Assembly: GCA_963668315.1 (NCBI GenBank)
Contig: OY764216.1
Span: 1,408,001-1,472,000 of the forward strand
DNA: 64,000 nucleotides
DNA from: Spirochaetia bacterium
Lineage (GTDB): Bacteria > Spirochaetota > Spirochaetia > DSM-2461
Reading direction: 5' to 3'
Under the pieces are notes generated by a model. The model was not told the origin of the DNA, made no database searches, and was given only the letters and a program-made list of their open reading frames with translations. A program made the position numbers and the translations under genes. Shown one piece after another: positions 60,547 through 64,000 of the stretch. The first letter of the stretch is position 1; every line of letters begins with the position of its first letter.

Positions 60547-61407
60547 ATGAGCCAATTAGTGAAAGAGCTTTATGAGGAACGGCTGGCTGGGGGGGACTCG
60601 CCCCCCTCTGAACTGATTTTCTATAATCGGGGGTATCAGAATTGTCCTTCGGGGCACTACCACATCAGTGTGAGAAACTATTTTCTTGTCCATGTCGTAC
60701 TGGCGGGGAAGGGGTGGTTTCATCTGGGAAACACCCGGGTCGAACTGGGAGCAGGACAGGGGTTTACCATGTTCCCCTATATGGTGGGGGAGTATCAGGC
60801 CGATGAAAAGGAGCCCTGGACATACTGTTGGATCGGTTTTCAGGGGGCTCTGGCGGCCTATCATCTCCAGGATCTGGGTATTATGCCGAATCATCCCTGT
60901 TTTACTCTGCACGGTCCCGGAAGGTCTGAAGAGATTCGTGACCTTTTGACGGAACAGGCCGACGGGAGCCGGGGAGACGGTCAGAATTATGCGGTAAACC
61001 CTCTGGAAGGGAGGGGGATCATCTATCGTTTTCTGGGTGTCCTTTCCCGTGATTTATACGGGAGGGAGTCGTTAAACAATGTCCGTTATGTCCATGAGGC
61101 CATTGATTTTGTTAAGAAGAACTTCAGCCAGCCAATCCGGGTAACGGATATGGCCCGGGCGGCGGGGGTGGATCGGACCTATCTCTACTCTCTCTTCAAG
61201 GAGCATACGGGGAAAACCCCCAAGGAGTATCTGACCGATTTTCGTCTGAAGGCGGCCTGTGAGCTGCTGGAATCGCGCAATCTGTCTGTTAAAGCGGCCG
61301 CCCGATCCGTAGGGTATGAAGACGAGCTGAATTTTTCCCGGGTGTTTTCTCAGAAACTGGGTGTGAGTCCGTCGCGGTGGGGTGCGTCCAACAGATCTAA
61401 TTCATAA
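60547..61407 (+). CDS. AraC family regulator divergent from melA
   Basis: Cupin 'VHVVLAGKG...YQAD..EPW.Y.WIGF'; HTH 'A.SVGYED...FSRVF...GVSP'. Confidence 0.92.
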   Translation: MSQLVKELYEERLAGGDSPPSELIFYNRGYQNCPSGHYHISVRNYFLVHVVLAGKGWFHLGNTRVELGAGQGFTMFPYMVGEYQADEKEPWTYCWIGFQGALAAYHLQDLGIMPNHPCFTLHGPGRSEEIRDLLTEQADGSRGDGQNYAVNPLEGRGIIYRFLGVLSRDLYGRESLNNVRYVHEAIDFVKKNFSQPIRVTDMARAAGVDRTYLYSLFKEHTGKTPKEYLTDFRLKAACELLESRNLSVKAAARSVGYEDELNFSRVFSQKLGVSPSRWGASNRSNS

Positions 61408-61871
61408 AAGAGGGGGCCTTCCAGCGGATTTTCGCAGTAACCGTCAATCTGCTTAAATCCCAGGGACTCATAGAGATGGCGGGCGGCGGTAAGCCTTTCC
61501 AGGGTATCCAGCCTCATCTTGCGGTAGCCCAGCCGCCGGGCTTCCCCGATAAGTTCCTCGGCGATCATCCGTCCCAGCCCCAGGCCTCTTCCGGCGGGGT
61601 TGACGAAGAGCCTTTTCATTTCACAATATCCCTCGCCCGAACGGGGGAGAGCCCTTAAGCAGCCGCTGCCGATATTCTCCCCGTTCTCGTTCCTGCCGAT
61701 GAAGGCGGCGCCCCGGCCGCCCGGCCCGTACATTTCGGAAAGGCTGTTCATCTCTTTTTCCAGTCCCTGGTAGCAGATATCCTCTCCGAGCCATTTCTGA
61801 TACTCCTGAATGAGGGGAATCAGCTGAGAATACTCCTCTTTCCCAGTCAGCTTTCGGCAGATTACTTTCAT
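61350..61871 (-). CDS. GNAT family N-acetyltransferase
   Basis: CEMKRLFV.P.GRGLGLG, MRLDTL, LYESLGF. Confidence 0.9.
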   Translation of the reverse strand: MKVICRKLTGKEEYSQLIPLIQEYQKWLGEDICYQGLEKEMNSLSEMYGPGGRGAAFIGRNENGENIGSGCLRALPRSGEGYCEMKRLFVNPAGRGLGLGRMIAEELIGEARRLGYRKMRLDTLERLTAARHLYESLGFKQIDGYCENPLEGPLFYELDLLDAPHRDGLTPSF

Positions 61872-62581
61872 CATTTTCCGGCCAGATTCTGAAATATAAG
61901 CCAGAGCGGAGGGATAAGCAGGGCGGGCAGAAAGTTTCCCGTGCGGATTCTTTTTATCTCCAGGAGATTGAGCCCGATTCCGAATATGAGAATGCCTCCC
62001 ACGGTGGAAATCTCCCTGATGATTTCGTCGGTGGCATAGGGGCCGATAAAGGAGGCGAGGAGAGTCAGGCTTCCCTGATAGATCAGGACGGGAATGATGG
62101 AGAAGATAACGCCAATCCCCAGAGTCGACGCCAGAATAATTGAGCAGATTCCATCCAGGATGGATTTGGCATAAAGAATTTCATGGCTGTCGTGGAGTCC
62201 CGACTGTATGGAGCCCAGAATCGCCATGCTTCCCACGCAGTAGATAAGGGTCGCCGTGACGAAAGCTTCGGAAACCCGGCCGTGCCCCTCGCCCAGGCGG
62301 GCCTTAAGCTTGTCTCCCATTCTCTCCAGGTGGGTTTCGATTTTCACAAGTTCCCCGATCACGCCGCCAAGAACGAGACTGATGATAAAAAGGATCGGCC
62401 TGGATTCGGGATTGAGAAGGCCCGAGAGGGTTGTGCTGATTCCTATGAACAGGACCGAAAGTCCCAGCCCCTGATTGGTGATTTCCCGGATGTTTTCCTT
62501 GAATCCCTTTTTAAAAAAGAGGCCGACCAGAGTTCCTCCGGATACGGCCAGCGCGTTCACGATCGTTCCTGATAATACCAT
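61871..62581 (-). CDS. DUF554 family membrane protein
   Basis: GTIVN, YCVGSMAILGS, KSILDG, YQG, NFLPAL. Confidence 0.9.
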   Translation of the reverse strand: MVLSGTIVNALAVSGGTLVGLFFKKGFKENIREITNQGLGLSVLFIGISTTLSGLLNPESRPILFIISLVLGGVIGELVKIETHLERMGDKLKARLGEGHGRVSEAFVTATLIYCVGSMAILGSIQSGLHDSHEILYAKSILDGICSIILASTLGIGVIFSIIPVLIYQGSLTLLASFIGPYATDEIIREISTVGGILIFGIGLNLLEIKRIRTGNFLPALLIPPLWLIFQNLAGK

Positions 62582-62696
62582 GGTGTCACTATAGGCTCAG
62601 GGGGTGATTTGGTCTAGGGGGAGAAAATCTATTTATGGACTACCGGGATTCGGTGTTTTGTGATAAGACTTGGGAAAGGGAAAAGGAGAGTCGGTT

Positions 62697-63413
62697 ATGA
62701 AGCGTATCTATATCATAAAGCTGGGAGAGACGTTTCCCGTCATAAAAGCAGAATACGGCGGATTTGAGCAGTGGATAGCCGCTGCGCTGGGCATGGACAC
62801 GGAGAAAATTCAAATTGTCGACGGGACACAGGGTGAACCGCTTCCTGACGCGAACGAATGCGCCGGGGTGGTGATTACCGGCTCCCATGCCATGGTGACC
62901 GACCGGGAGCCGTGGAGCGTTGCTCTTGAAGACTGGATTCTTCCCATGATCGAAGCACAGGTCCCCCTCCTGGGAATCTGTTACGGCCATCAGCTCCTGG
63001 CTCAGGCGGCGGGAGGCAAAGTCGGGTATCATCCAAAAGGCCGGGAGGTCGGAACTGTGGATATAAGACTTTGCCCGGAGAGCCGGAAAGATCCCCTGTT
63101 CGCCGATCTGCCCGATGTATTCTCGGCCCATGCTGTCCATTCGCAGACCGTTCTGGAGCTTCCCGAAGGAGCTGTGCTTCTGGCTTCCAACGATCACGAA
63201 CCCCATCATGCCTACCGTCTGGGAAAATGCGCCTGGGGAGTCCAGTTTCATCCCGAGTTCTCCGGGAATATCATCAGTTCCTATATAAGGGAGCAGGAAT
63301 CTGAACTTACATCGGACGGCATGGATGTACAGGGATTACTGGCTGGGGTGGAAGACACTCCGGTCTCTTCCGGTCTTCTGGCACGGTTCCGGGACCTGGC
63401 AATGGGATTATAG
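62697..63413 (+). CDS. Class I glutamine amidotransferase-like protein
   Basis: ITGSHAMV, GICYGHQ, QFHPEF. Confidence 0.9.
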   Translation: MKRIYIIKLGETFPVIKAEYGGFEQWIAAALGMDTEKIQIVDGTQGEPLPDANECAGVVITGSHAMVTDREPWSVALEDWILPMIEAQVPLLGICYGHQLLAQAAGGKVGYHPKGREVGTVDIRLCPESRKDPLFADLPDVFSAHAVHSQTVLELPEGAVLLASNDHEPHHAYRLGKCAWGVQFHPEFSGNIISSYIREQESELTSDGMDVQGLLAGVEDTPVSSGLLARFRDLAMGL

Positions 63414-63422
63414 GGATACAGG

Positions 63423-63678
63423 ATGGATCACTTTGATGAATTATTGAATATTGTCAGGCGCAAACGGGTTTATGACGAGACAAATCCCTGGTCCGAAGGT
63501 TCTAAAACCTATCTGAAGGAAATAAGAAGGGATTAAACTGGAATCGGTTATGAAACGGGCCTGTTTTAAATACGATGAGAGAATCTCGGGACTTGAAGAG
63601 GGTGTTTCCTGGGCTGAGGTCAAGGAGAAGCAGAAAGCGAGACTGTCATCCGAGCAGGAAGCTCTCAGCGGAGTTTAG
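63423..63678 (+). pseudogene. MazG-like nucleotide pyrophosphohydrolase remnant with an internal deletion/frameshift
   Basis: MDHFDELLNIVRRKRVYDETNPWSEGSKTYLKEIRRD* then, in a shifted frame, IKLESVMKRACFKYDERISGLEEGVSWAEVKEKQKARL...*. The acidic catalytic helices are missing. Confidence 0.6.
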
Positions 63679-63681
63679 CTT

Positions 63682-64000
63682 TCAGGAAAGGATTTTCATC
63701 CGTTTCAGCTGCTCTTTCAGCATCGCTTCGGCCCATCCTCGATGGTTTATATCCTCAATGCCCCTGGACTGGCATTCGGTGACGAATATCAGGGTCAGGT
63801 AGAGATCGTATAACTCGCGCCGCAGGGGAAAGGTTTCCTCTTCCGGAAGGCTTTCTCCGTATCCTCTGTAGAAGTCCTGATTCGAGGGGAAGAGGGTGGA
63901 GTGGTAGAATTCTATCGCCGGATCACCCCACATGGCCCTGTCGCAGTCGATTATCCCCGATATGCTGTTGTCCTCTCTTACAAGGATATTCCCGTCATGC
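63682..64000 (-). CDS. Aminoglycoside phosphotransferase/kinase-like protein, C-terminal part
   Basis: HDGNILV...ISGIIDCDRAMWGDP. Confidence 0.8.
   Translation of the reverse strand, partial: HDGNILVREDNSISGIIDCDRAMWGDPAIEFYHSTLFPSNQDFYRGYGESLPEEETFPLRRELYDLYLTLIFVTECQSRGIEDINHRGWAEAMLKEQLKRMKILS

Noticed and set aside
1..64000. CRISPR arrays, tRNA/rRNA, transposases, integrases, prophage genes
   Set aside because: No repeat-spacer periodicity, cloverleaf or recognisable mobile-element proteins seen by eye.

Overview
Chromosomal segment that looks like a free-living spirochaete (Spirochaetaceae-like). Evidence: spirochaete-type EF-G1, FabV/Ter, many lipoproteins and flgM. It carries: an ECF sigma / anti-sigma / exported caspase-like protease module at the left edge; a divergent fab/acc fatty-acid cluster; a MerR-controlled flavinylated lipoprotein reductase; grpE-dnaK-dnaJ; two tandem 7TM diguanylate cyclases; argH; a lower-GC block with a clostripain lipoprotein; a split trp operon with a duplicated promoter; a BmrR-like regulator/hydrolase unit; an EAL phosphodiesterase; fusA plus a RecA-fold ATPase; flgM; an attenuator-led ABC exporter; a TIGR03546/TIGR03545 pair; melA; and a deleted mazG-like pseudogene. 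No rRNA, tRNA, CRISPR array or transposase was seen. The top candidate for an undescribed system is the ECF module. The same T-R-x-[K/R]-G motif occurs in the anti-sigma factor, in the caspase catalytic loop and in the caspase interdomain linker, which suggests caspase-driven trans-envelope signalling. Other notable items: two divergent candidate sRNAs (one sigma28-type) upstream of fusA, a uORF/terminator attenuator, and many leaderless-type promoters. All family calls come from motif recognition by eye, not from database searches.
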